This document shows, piece after piece, positions 44,113 to 60,120 of a DNA stretch of 64,000 nt. The stretch is from the human T2T-CHM13v2.0 reference genome, Homo sapiens: assembly GCF_009914755.1 (NCBI RefSeq), contig NC_060927.1, one strand, 5' to 3'. Made by a program: the position numbers and the translations under genes. Every line of letters starts with the position of its first letter. Position 1 is the first letter of the stretch. The notes beneath the pieces were generated by a model. That model searched no databases and was not told the origin of the DNA. It was given only the letters and a program-made list of their open reading frames with translations.

Positions 44113-45466
44113 TCAAAAAAAAAAAAAAAAAAAAAAAGAAAAAAAGAAAAGAAAAGAAAGAAACATAGATCCCTGATCATGCAATATGACTTCATTCAGT
44201 AAACGTTAAATATCTACAAGGAGCTCCAGGCGGGAAAAATAAACAAAGCCCAGTAGCTGCCTTCGAGGAGCTTTCAATCTGCACGGGAGGCAGGCCACCG
44301 AGACATCTAGTTTAAGGCAGCATTCTTCCAAAGCATTCTGCACTGGGTGTTCATATTTTGTAAGAAAAAAACGTTTTTCTATGGTAAATAAGTTTGAGGA
44401 AGCCTGGAGTAAACCAAGCTAAGCAGCGTATTTTCCTCCCCGTGCCTTTAATCTCCCGTTGTGGGGACAGAAAGCCCTGTACACGCGAAACCTCGTAGAC
44501 GTCATGAGCCATTTTCAACCCAAAACGCATCTCAGGGAACATCTGGGGAAAATACTGGGTTAGGGCAAAATGTGCAAAGCGTCAAAACAGTGCTAGAAAC
44601 AAAGTCCTACAGAAATAACAGATGAATTCTGAAAGGCTTTGTGAAGAAAACAGAACTTGAGCGGAGGCTTTGAAGAACGAATATAAAAGTTCCTCCCCCA
44701 GAAGGGAAGAACAGAAGCAGAATCGGTTTAACAACACGCTGCCCAAATCGCCTACAAGAGTAAAATGGGGACAGAAAGTAAGCGACAAGGTTGGAAATTT
44801 AGATTGGGACCACATCGTGAAAGGACTGAGGGCTTCGATGGGACCGCGGCTTGACACGCATTAAGGAGCCACTGAAAACTCCATCTAAGCAGAAAAGCGG
44901 CTTAGTCATCCATGCGTTCTGGGCAAGTTATCCTGGCCGCACCACGTGGAACGGAGTAGATAGAGCTCGGGAAGCTGAGCGCAGGGCGGACAACGGGAAG
45001 GCCAGAGCCGTGGGCAAGCACGCGGAGGGCAGCGAGGGGCACTGGCACCGGAGCCGCGGGGAGGCAGGAAAACGCAGAGGCGGAGCTCACTGAGCTTGGC
45101 AGGCAGAGAGAGGAGGGGAGGGCCACGGAAGACTAAGAGTGGCAGGGAGGCAACGACCTCCTAACACACGCACATGTCTTCTTTTTCAGAGAGGATGGGT
45201 AAAAGCAGCGGTCTAAGAGGGAAAACCTAACAGTGCTCACATTCCTGATCTTCTTTGTAAAAACAGAAAAGACCATCTCCTAAGAGGAAGGATTTGTGAA
45301 CTTGTTCAACAATGGAGAAAACCAACAAGAACTTGGAACTGACTAACAGAAAAAAGTCTGCTGAACTCCCAAGAACTAGGTAATATTCTCTTCACCCAAG
45401 CCAGCTTCCTATTCAGGAAAGATCTGGGTTTAAAGTCTTGTGATTTGGTCGAGACCATCCTGGCTA

Positions 45467-45745
<279 letters not shown>

Positions 45746-47416
45746 CTAAATTAATTTTACCCCATTAAGTTGAAGGACAATGCTTTCAAAATTCTAGACC
45801 TAAATAGATTAATACATACCTTAGGTTATATAAAGTATGCACAGAAACAAAATATCAAAGCATAAAAGTATCAAATGACATAAGGTAGACCCAGAATTCT
45901 AGCATAGCGGAATATTAGACATTTAAGTTTATACAGATGCTATGAAATCCTAAACCCCCAAGCAACTTACATTCAAAGTAGGTAGATAAGATAATGGGTA
46001 TTAAAGGTTCATCCACAAGGCACCTGCCATCTGCTGCAACCTTATTAATGAAATCAACCAATGTTTATTACACAATTATTCTAAGCTCAGCAAAGTGCCC
46101 AGAAAAGGTTAAGGAGAAACAGAAGATAGATCTCTGCTTTCAAGGAGTCACGCTCTTGTTCGGAAACTAAATTTTATAAGATAGGATAATGACAGGCAAA
46201 ATCAAAAAGAGGATAAACAAAGACTAAATATTATTTAAAACTAAAATGGGTACAGTGTCATAAAAGAGATCAATGTCAGCTAACGTGTTTGCCTTGTGCA
46301 CATCTATTTTTTGTTTGGGGGTGGTTTGTGGATGCGTGTGTGTTTCAAAAAGCCACTTGGAAAATTTCCTTCCCCGGTTGCCCTGCCCCAGGCAGTCACT
46401 CTCCTCTCTGGCCTCCCTCACCTTCCTGGATCGCACTGTGTTTCTGTATACTTCCTAGGTGCAAGGACCCTGTCTTATCCCCAGTGCAGTCATCCTGAGT
46501 CAACAACAGTCTGAGAAAAGGCACAGGGGCAGGAATGAGCACCTGGGACAGGTGGCCAGACCTGACTAGCTAGAACTGAAAATCCACGTTAGGAAGCAGC
46601 AGAAGCTAAATTCAGGTGAGCCTGATGCGGGTGGCCTTAGGAAAGAGCTGACAGCTGGCCTTCAGGTTGATACTTAATGTCACAGGCAACAGGCAGTTGT
46701 CATCATCTGTCCCTGAGCTGGCCCGTGACATGATGTTCACACTATTTTAGTTTAGAAGTTCCATGCGTCTAGGCATGTGGCTCACGCCTATAGTCCCAGC
46801 ACTTTAGGAGGCTGAAGCAGAATAATTGCTTGAGCTCAGCAGTTGGAGAACAGCCTGGGCAACATAGTGAGACCCCATTTCTAAAAAAAAAAAAAAATTT
46901 AAATAAAAAATGAGCTGGAAGTGGTGGCATGGGCCTATGGTCCCAGCTACTCAGGGAGCTGAGGTGGGAGGATCACTTGACCATGGAGGGTTGAGGCTGC
47001 AGTGAGCCGTAATTGCACCACTGCACTCCAGCCTGGGCAACAGAGCCAGACCCTGCCTCAAAAAAAAAAAAAAAAAAAAAAAAAGACGAAGAAGTTCTGT
47101 GTAGGATGGTTTGACTGGAGAGGGTGACTCCAGAAGTTACTGGAGGTGGATGAGTTAAGAGGCTTCTGTAGGAAGCAGGTGCAAGATAAGGACAATACAG
47201 CTGGGACATGAGGGACGGGGACCAAGCATTATCTAGCCATGGAAGAACAAAGCAAAGGTGGAAGATAACAGTTATTAAAAAAAAAAAAAATGGTCTTCCA
47301 GGTGGGTGTGGTGGCTCAGCCATGTAATCCCAGTGCTCTGAGAGGCCAAGGCAGGAGGATCGCTTGAGCCCGGGAGTTCCAGACCAGCCTGAGCAACACA
47401 GAAATTTGGAAATTTA

Positions 47417-47626
<210 letters not shown>

Positions 47627-48966
47627 TTATATACATCCTATCCACAGCACTAAATAAACCCAATAAAACATATTGATAATGTGGGAGGAAAAACCATGGC
47701 TACAGTATTAGATGGAGGATCACACCACATTGACAGGCAAATCAGCATCATGATTATTTCAGCATCAAATTAGCATCAGGATTAATATGAATCCAGGTAA
47801 ACCACTTCCAATCTATGTAACCCTGGGAAATGACAACCTCTGTGTGTCTATTTCCTCATCTGGAAAATGGAGATATTAATATTACCTCCCTCATACGGTT
47901 TTCTGAGAAGTGAATGGGCCTTATAGGTATTGAAATAATTATTTGCCAAAACTTATGCAAATATATTGAATAAATCACAAATGACAGTAAATGTACTGAA
48001 AATGACAGGGCACTGTCCACTACTTTAGCTAGCGTGGTCTGGGAAGATTTCGCTGAAGAGAAGAATGGAAGTTGAGACCTAAAGAATGAGAAGAATTAGA
48101 CCCAGAAAGAGCAGGGAGGGTGGGAAAAGGTGGGAGACAGCAGCACATGCTGAGACCAACACACAAAAAAGCTGGGCAGGTGATGTGGGGGGCGGCCAGG
48201 GTGGCTGCCCTGAAGTCAGCAAAAGGGAGGCCTGAGGTGGGCAGCACAGGGCCAGGTCACGTGTGCCTGGAGGGCCTGCAACACCGATATTTTATTTTAA
48301 GTCCGTGAAAAGTCCTGGAATGGCCCGAAAAGCTTCAAGCAAGGAAGTGACAAGTTTATTTTATTTCCTTTATGAGCCACAAATTATCCTCTACCTTACA
48401 CAAAAAATTATGCTGCATCTGAAAAACAAATCTAGGTCTATCCCAATAATGTCTTATTTCTGTGGTAGTTTTGCATTAGGATATAGTGATAACCAAAAAT
48501 AATCCATTGAGGACCAGGCATGGTGGCTCACACCTGTAATCCCAGCACTTTGGGAGGCTGAGGTGGGCAGATCACTTGAGGGTGGGGGTTCGAGACTAGC
48601 CTGGACAACATGGTGAAACTCAGTCTCTACTAAAAACACAAAAACTAGCCAGGCATGGTGGTGATGGCACCGGTAATCCCAGCTACTCAGGAGGCTGAGG
48701 CAGAACTGCTTGAACCCGGGAGACGGGGGTTGCAGTGAGCCGAGATTGGGAAAGTGCACTCCAGCCTGGGCAACAGAGTAAGATTCCATCTCAAAAATAA
48801 TAATAATAATAATCCATTGAAATGCTGACACCTGGAACATAACAACATTTAAGTGAGTGGAGTGTGGCTCTAGAAAAAGATACAGAGGGCCAGGTGCAGT
48901 GGCTCATGCCTGTAATCCCAGTACTTTGGGAGGCCAAGGTGGGCGGATCACAAGGTCAGGAGTTCA

Positions 48967-49239
<273 letters not shown>

Positions 49240-49575
49240 TCACCTTTTTCGTGGTTGTCAAATGTGAAGTTAATTCATCATGAATAGACATATATTTTGT
49301 TGTTGTGGATTTTTTTTTTTCAGGTAATGGTCATATATTTTCTCTGCCAGTCCACATGCCTTTCCTCACACTCCCTTAGCCTCAATTCATATGTTCTTCC
49401 AAATAACTAAAGGTTGAGAATTAGGGAACAAGAGGTATCGATTTTAAAGCTACAAAAACTTAGGGGCACTCAGTGCTAACGGCAAGCTCAGCTATAAATC
49501 TGACAGCCATTTTTTGGCCTTCCACAAAGAACTGTCCCTTTTTAGTCAACAAGGGGACATGAGTACCTATCTTGG

Positions 49576-49982
49576 TGTGTTAGTCCATTTTGTGTCACTA
49601 TAAAGTAATACCTGAGGCTGCGTAATTTATAAGAAAAGAGGTTTAACTGGCTCACAGTAGACTGTATAAGCATGGTGCCAGCATCTGCTCAGCTTCTGGT
49701 GAGACCTCAGGAAGCTTCCAATCATAATGGAAGGCAAAGCAGAAGCCAGCACATGACATGGCAAGGGCAGGAGCAAAAGAGGCAAGAAGGTGCCACATTC
49801 TTTTCAACAACCAGATCTCCCATGAACTACCAGAGAACTCACGCATCACCAAGGGGATGGCACTAAACCATTCATGAGGGATCGCTCCCATGATCCAACC
49901 TCTCCCACCAGGACCCACCTCCAACATTGAGGATCACATTTCCACATAACATTTGGAGGGGACAAACATCCAAACCAAATCA
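49576..49982 (-). mobile_element. MST-family MaLR solo LTR
   Basis: TGTGTTAGTCCATTTTG...AACATCCAAACCAAATCA flanked by a perfect 5-bp target duplication CTTGG (49571-49575 and 49983-49987). Confidence 0.88.
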
Positions 49983-50537
49983 CTTGGGAACAGCACTGTG
50001 GGGTATATTAGATTATATTGTTTTTCAAGCAATGGAACACAACTCCAAAATATGTTATGGAAGTTTTCCAAGAAGATTTGCACAATAAAAGCTACAGCAC
50101 CAGGCATGTTCACTCCATGTCTGTCCCATGGCAGTGGCTAGATATGATATACTTTAGGTAAGAGTACGAGAACATGGAGCAACTACCTTGTCTAGATGTG
50201 GAGGCCAGGGGGGTGAGCATCGGAGGAATCACATTCAAACTGCCAGGTGTTCCTGCCACACACAGTAACAGGGCCAAAAGTCAGAAACAGACAGACATCA
50301 CTATCCTTAAACACCTGATGGCCTCTCCAACTTCCAGATGCACACAATAAAATACCCTAATTCCTGTTGGCCCTGTTCCTTCATGAGTCCAAACTCTGGC
50401 CTCCCCAGGACCACTCCCTGAGCTAAAACCAATTTGGTTTCAGCTAATAATATACAATGGTAGGACAAACCCAAAAGTATGAACTATCACACCATGGCAT
50501 GGGGTGTACTTCTTGGCCATCAAGAATTTAGAGATGT

Positions 50538-51457
<920 letters not shown>

Positions 51458-53275
51458 TTAGAGGTATTTACTGGGTATCTCCTCTATTAAAACACTGTAT
51501 TTAGACGTTACAAAAAAGGAAAAGTAAACTCCCTGCCCTTGAGCACCGTACACCAAATATGGATGATACTGGGTGATACACTGGCTGTCAGGCTCAGTGA
51601 GAAGGAAAACTGAATGAGAATCAGACCAAATGTCACCAGATTCTGGTGGCGACATGCAAGCACAGTTTCACGGTTTTAAATCCTCCAGCTCTTTCTCCTC
51701 CCCAGAGTGTCCGGTGATGCCCCACCAACTTCGTGCAGCACATATTCTTCCTGTTAACATCCCATTCTCAAACCACCCCTCTCTGCTCTTCTTGCTAAAA
51801 ATATCTCTCATTTGAGTAATCCTTTTTTCTTCTCGCACTTTACCATCTGTTAAGTCAACAGAGCCAGGACTTTAGCATCAGGAAGCCCAAGTTTGAGCCC
51901 TACTTTAAATCTTTCACTCATTCAGTCAACAATCCCTGAAAGCCTATTTTGCTCTAGGCTTTGCCCTAGATGTCTAACACTTAATTGTATGGGCCAGTCA
52001 TTTACCCTCTCCAGGCCCTAGTTTCCTCCTTAAAGAAAAAAGTAAAAAACATTGCCTAACTAACTTCCTATGATCACAAGCTTATCACATAGATTAAACG
52101 ATGTAACTGAGAATGTCTTACAAACTAAAGAGAGAAACAGATTTTATTAGTCTACCACCACCATCTTCCAGGTGTATAGCATACATGTTTTCAAAATACA
52201 TTCACATAAATGACCTGATTGGATTCTCACAATCAAATTATTACTTAGGCCAAATGGCCAAATATGATTATTATTTTTCTTCTACAGATTAAAAAAAAAG
52301 AAAAATTGAGGCACCAAGAATGGAAGTGACTTCCTGAAGCAACTAAGACTAGAATTCAAGTCTCTCAATTCTCCCTCCAATGCTATTTTTACTACTCTTA
52401 AGTTGATCATGCTAAAGAGGTTTTAGTGACAAGCACAATTATTTAGCCTAGGTCAAAGCAAACCTTCCATTAGCAAGCACGACTTCTAGCCCTGTGCTCT
52501 TTCCTCTACACCTTGAGATACCTATCAGGCAATAATGTGACCGTTTCAACAGCGAGCAAGGGGAAGCAAGCCCTTACCCGTCAGGAACACGCAAACCATG
52601 GTATATTTGAAATTCTTCTAACAGAGGTAGGCATGGAGTCACATTAATAGTAACCAAGGCAGGTAAGAAAAGAAGACTGTCACACCAGGTCAATTGATGC
52701 TGAGACTGTGGCCAACAATGACACCGGCAACAAACTACCAAGACATAGCGATTTCTGGGGCCACAGCCACAGAGGAGTCAAGCTAAAACCCTGAGGACTT
52801 TGAGATCCACGAACAGGTACAGTAGTAGGAAGGATGGTGTCAACTTCACCATGCCCAGGAAGACCTGTGGTCAAGCTCCAACGGCTAACTGTTAAGGTTC
52901 AGTGAGAACATTTTTAAAATTTCACCTTGGTGCTCGAACTGCTCACAACCTTAAATTGTATGTTACCTTTCTAAATAGAAGCCAGCCCTTATTCAAAATA
53001 TTCTCTCAATAGTCATATTATCAAAGAAAGAGCATGACCAGACGGATCATTTGCTATTCCAGCTTTCCTCACAGAGGCATGTCCCAAGCAGGTATAACTG
53101 ACTCACGCTGCCGTAATTTGAAGCATCAATGCCAGAAGAACTTGGCTGCTTCTGCTTGCGTCAAATTCCTTACTTCTACACATGATCACTCCTGAAAATT
53201 CATTAGAAGGCCAAACGTTCTAATATTTGAACAATATATCTTCATGTTCTATATCTACCTCCTGAGAACTGTGTG

Positions 53276-53313
53276 TATATATATTATTTATATATATATA
53301 TATATATATATAT
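53276..53313 (+). repeat. Interrupted (TA)n microsatellite
   Basis: Direct reading. Confidence 0.9.
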
Positions 53314-54114
53314 CTGCATAAAATCCCTAATTAGGATTTTTTCAGGTACCTGCCAACCTCAAGTGTGAGCCCCAGATCACACCCTTTCCATAAGGCTTAG
53401 CACCCCTCCTGTGAAACCTCTGCAGGAGGGAGGTCTACAGGCTGGGCAGCTGTCAATCTCTTACCCTCCAATGTAGGCTGGAGGCTGTATAGCAGGAACA
53501 GGTAACCTTAGGTGCCTCCACCTCCCATGACCTCAACAGAAAGTGAGACCCCCATTAACTCAGACCAAATAAAGGGCTAACACTCTGGATGGAAACACTG
53601 AATGAATGCTCTGCTCAACCACTCAAGGTTTCCTGATGCTAACGTGGCTCAGGGCTTGAGTCTATAGGACTTCTCAGCCCTGCAGGAGGGCAGGGGTACG
53701 ATACTTAGTCATCACAACTACCCTGGCAACAGGAGCTAGCAGATAGTGCCACCACACAGTGACAAAAATCCTCGGTTATTGTAATACAGTTTGGTATCAG
53801 TGTAAACTATACAAATGCACAGACTGTATGAAAGTTGATCATGTACCCGGTGAGGTACATCTATACAGGCTCTGGGCTGCAAAACCCAACTTACATTACA
53901 ACACATTTCACGGCCCTATGCAATGCTGCCTGATGCTGGTGCAAAATTCTTACTGCTGGCTGAAGTCCACCCATCTCCCTAAAGTGTCCCATGGAAAGTG
54001 ACTATATGGTGGGCCCACACTGAAACTACTGTTATCTAAGGGGGACAAATAAAAATCAAGTCTGAACTTTCTGAGCAGACTACCAATTCCCAACATTTTT
54101 CAACACTGTTGTCA

Positions 54115-54342
<228 letters not shown>

Positions 54343-54669
54343 TTATGAATCTCTCTCTCTTCATTTTCAAGACCGCAGCCTTATACAGCAAGGCATATGA
54401 AATAACAGAAACTCTTTGGCATTTTTAGTTTCCTCTGGATATGCTTGCTCTTGCATTTATTTGAAGACTTAAAATTTGAATACTTATGTGAATAGTTAGT
54501 ATTTCCTATTCACAAGTGCTAAAGCGACACATATTCTTAGGGACCTATTACTCCCAAGAATAAAAGATGAATTTGGGCTGGGCGCAGTGGCTCACGCCTG
54601 TAACCCCAGCAGTTTGGGAGGCTGAGGCGGGCGGATCACGAGGTCAGGAGATCGAGACCATCCTGGCTA

Positions 54670-54990
<321 letters not shown>

Positions 54991-55029
54991 CTAATTAATG
55001 ACACAGTGCAACATTAGGTAGCACTGTAG

Positions 55030-56310
<1,281 letters not shown>

Positions 56311-56809
56311 TATCTGGCTATTAGACCTGAGGCATGAGACACAGAAAGTACATTCTACAAAGTTTTCTCTCTTTGCAAAAGTGCTATTATTCTGTATTTC
56401 AAGAAGGTATAATTGTTCTGGTTTTAGCACCTCCTACATTCCTTTTCCTACCTTGGCAGTTTGTATCTGCCAAATCTTGCATCAAGATTTTGCAATCTAG
56501 TTCTTATGATACTGGGTTTTTTTTTGCGGGGGGGTGGTTTATGTGGACAGATCCTAAATGCTACAGATTAGCAGCATTCACTTTACTCTTCTATTAAACA
56601 CCCACCCATAGCTTCATTAACTTTAGGTGAGTTCCCTGAAAGAAGCACAAATGAGCCTCAGTTAACATACCTCGAAGAAATTTCTTAACTCACACACACA
56701 AAAAACTTTCTCTTTCACCAGGTTCTCATAGCTGCAACAGCTCATCTCACACAAGCAATAAGCAGACACATTGGTATGTTAAAATCACCACACCAAAACA
56801 AGAAGGCAA

Positions 56810-56926
56810 TACCCTGCCTTCTTGTTTGAGCTCTCATGCTGTAAACAACTGTGCTTTTTGCAGTCTATTTAGTAACATGTTTTTATATATTTTTGTGCTT
56901 TTTTTTTTTTTGAGACGGAGTTTCAC
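56810..56926 (-). repeat. Inverted copy of 56010-56131
   Basis: The reverse complement is identical except for 2 substitutions and poly-A length. Confidence 0.95.
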
Positions 56927-59139
56927 AATTTCAGTGACGTTAAAATTTTCCCGTGTATTTTATTTTTCCTTCCTGAGCTTACAACTTTTAGTACTTTTGT
57001 TAGGTCATGTTCAAAGTTACAAAACAACTTTTATTGTTAACCTACTCATTATTTTACTAAGGCAAATTAAAAGCTGCACAGCAAAACTCTCCAAGACAGA
57101 TACCTAGAAGAGACACGAAATAAACTCTCCCTTTGGATTTGTTTTGGCAACCACCAGAGACTGGTAACAGGGCTGCCTCCATAAGGAGTTAAGAGGAATT
57201 TCCCACTACAGATTTTTTTTTTTTTTTTTTTTTTTTTGGTACAGTTGGGAGCCGGGAGTCTCTCTGTTGTCCAGGCTGGTCTGGAACTCCTGGCCTCAAG
57301 CGATCCTCTTATCTCAGCCTCCCAAAGTTCTGGGATTACATAGGTGAAACACCGCGCCCGGCCCAGAACATTTAAAAGTGAAAGTTTTTACATAATTATC
57401 ATGTCTGTAAGAAGTGTTAAAATCTTCAGATAAAGTCATAATTTTAAATCAGTTGGGGGATAGCAGTAACAACTGTGTTTATGTAGCTCTTTCAAAGCTT
57501 CAAAGAATTTATAAATAACACAAAATACTTTCAAAGCACATTATTCTCTGTAATTCCTGAAACTCTGTGATGTATTGGAACTAATATTACCACCCTTTTA
57601 CAAAGGAAAATAAGATACAAAGTTTGAGTACGAGTAACATTTCTGGTCATAAATCTAGTCAGTGACACTGATAGGACTAGAACTCAAGTCTCCAGAAATA
57701 ATAACCCAGAGCTGTTTTTACTACAACATTCACAGTTTTGGAATGTAGTCCATAGTTATTTATAGCAGAATTATCTTCTTAATTGTATTGTGTTTTGGTC
57801 AACATAAAAATTAGTTTGCATTCACTTCCAAATGGAAAGCAAAGGCAGGCTGCCCAGAAGTGTGAAAAAACGGTGGCCGGGGAAATTAGCCTGGGATTAA
57901 AATTTTGCCAAAGTTAAACAACGAATTGAAGGGTTTACATCATTTCCACCGTGGGGGAGATGACTTTTCAGGCCAGATGTAACAGGAAATACAAGAAAAA
58001 ATTCAAAACTGTCTTGAGTGTAAGACAAGAAACTTCTGAATCAAGTATTTCTAAATCCTTTATTTAAATTGAGAGCATTGGGACTTAGAGATAATAAATA
58101 ACTTGTCCCAAGATCACACCACAGGGACAGCTTTACTGCTCCGACCCCAAAGGTCTCCTTAAACTGCCCACTCTACTCCCTCCCAGTCATGCGCAGACTC
58201 TTCATTAGATGCAAGCAGGAAACAATGAACAGTACAAGTCCGTGGACTCAGCGAGTAGAGAAAGAGTTAAAGTTTGGTATGCTAACATGGTATGCAAAAC
58301 TGACCTTCAAATCCTAATAGGCAAATTAATTTTTTTTTTGTCTTTGACTATTTAGAGGAAACAACTGCCAGACTCCTTCTGAGTAGAGGTAGGCTTGGGT
58401 ATAGAACAAGATATTAAAACTCCACAAACTGGGAGACAGTGCCTTTCAAAGAGAGGGCAACCAGCTGTTGATAAAACCCAGCAGAACCGCCTCCACTTCC
58501 CCACACCCCTACCCTCCCGCGCCAGGCTGCTGGTTCTTATTAATCACAGAGAAGGGACTACAACTAGCAAACATACAGCACCGACGATCAAAGTGAAACC
58601 GATTTTTTAATCATCTAACTTAAACAGACGAACACATGCCAGCAACGTACATAAATACGAATAGCCCCAGCAAGCACTGTCTTCATAACCTAAGACAGTT
58701 AAATGTCTCAGGGTGATGAATCAAAGGAGACTTCAAGCAAAACAAAAAGCGAACAGCCCTGTGCTCTTCCGCGAGGCCTGCACTGGGTGCAGGGAGAGTG
58801 TGCAGTCCTGTTTTGGGGACCGGGCAGGAAGCACAGGAAGAGTACGGTGCCCCTTCCCGCAGTCCACATCACAGCCCTCCCTGAGGCCGGCGGGGACCGC
58901 GGGGTGCCAGGCGCGGGCCTCCTCGCCCGCCCCGAGCCTCCGACTCCCAGGACGTCCTCCGGGAGCCTAGGCGCTTCCGCTCCCACCGGCGCCTCCCGAG
59001 CGGCCCGGCAAGGACCCGCCACCTCCTCCCTCCCGCAGGGCATCCCGGTTCTGCTCCGACAGCCCACCCCAAGGCCCCTCTCAGGCCAGCCCTCGCCCAG
59101 CCCGGGTCCCGCCCCGCCGACCGGGTCAACCGCACTCAC

Positions 59140-59400
59140 CGCCCGGCGGCTCTGGGCGCGCCCGCCTGGGGCCGGCCTGGCCCTGCGGGGGACCCAGGGG
59201 CGGGGACGGGACCTGGGCACGCGGGGCGCACCCCGAGGGCGCGCAGACGCACAGGCGGGCTCGCGCCCGAGCCCCCGCACGGGCCCCCGCCAAACACGCA
59301 CACGCACACGCACGCGCGGACCGGGCCGGCGGACGGGAGCGCGGGAGCGCGAGGAATCCCTGGAATGAGGCACCGCCCACCCTGAGCCGGGCTCCGCCAG
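59140..59400 (-). other. VGLL4: Probable alternative non-coding first exon of VGLL4 inside the CpG island (5' end uncertain)
   Basis: Consensus donor GGCG|GTGAGT at 59140/59139 in gene orientation, with GC-box-rich sequence upstream. Confidence 0.55.
59353..59367 (+). promoter_or_regulatory. Tandem TEAD (MCAT-like) site GGAATC-CCT-GGAATG
   Basis: Two GGAAT cores with a 9-bp period, the cooperative TEAD arrangement. Motif match only. Confidence 0.5.
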
Positions 59401-60120
59401 GCCAGCCAGGCCACGCCCTCGGTCACGCCCCTCACGGAGCAGGTGGGGGCTGAGCCCAGGTGAGCCGGGAGGGAGATAGGGGCGAGGCCTCCCGCGGCAG
59501 GGAGAGGCCGCTTTCCCTCCCCCGCCAGCTGCGCGCCCGGTGCCAGCTCGCACCTCCCGGGCCGATGCCGGCGCGCTGGGGCAGTGAGGTTTGTCGGGGC
59601 GGGCGTTCCCGAGAGGCGCCAGCGGGCAGGGCGAGTGGACATGGCGCACACTGCTGTGGACACGGCATCTCGCACGCCCCCGGCCCCCGAGGCCCCGCCA
59701 GGGGACACAGCGCCGTGCAAATGTACAAACACAAACGCACATTTCGTGCGCGCCCAGGTGCCCGCCGCGCTCCCCACGCGCGCACAGTAGGTCCCTGCTC
59801 CCGGGGGACAGCGCACGGGACGCCGACGTTCACAGTCCAACCAGACCCGTCCCGCGGACCTGCTGCCCTTCCCGCCACACACACCCCGCCAAGCGCCCGG
59901 AGTTCAGCCGAACCTGCGGCACCCACGCCGCCCTCCGCTTCCCCCGGCTCGCCGAGCAGCCGGGGAAGGGCGCACCACCCGCCCGCGCCGGTTCGCCGTC
60001 CACACCCGCTCACCCCCGGAACGCGGCGCACCTTCCGTCCCCCGCCTCCCGGGCCCCGTCGCCCCCTCTCGGCACCCGCATGCCCGAGCCGCGCTCCCCG
60101 ACGGGCCGACGGCCACGCAC

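Noticed and set aside
50187-50252. Possible 66-nt 5'UTR cassette exon (GGCAG|GAACACC...ACAAG|GTAGTT)
   Set aside because: Weak donor and mediocre pyrimidine tract; unsupported without transcript data.
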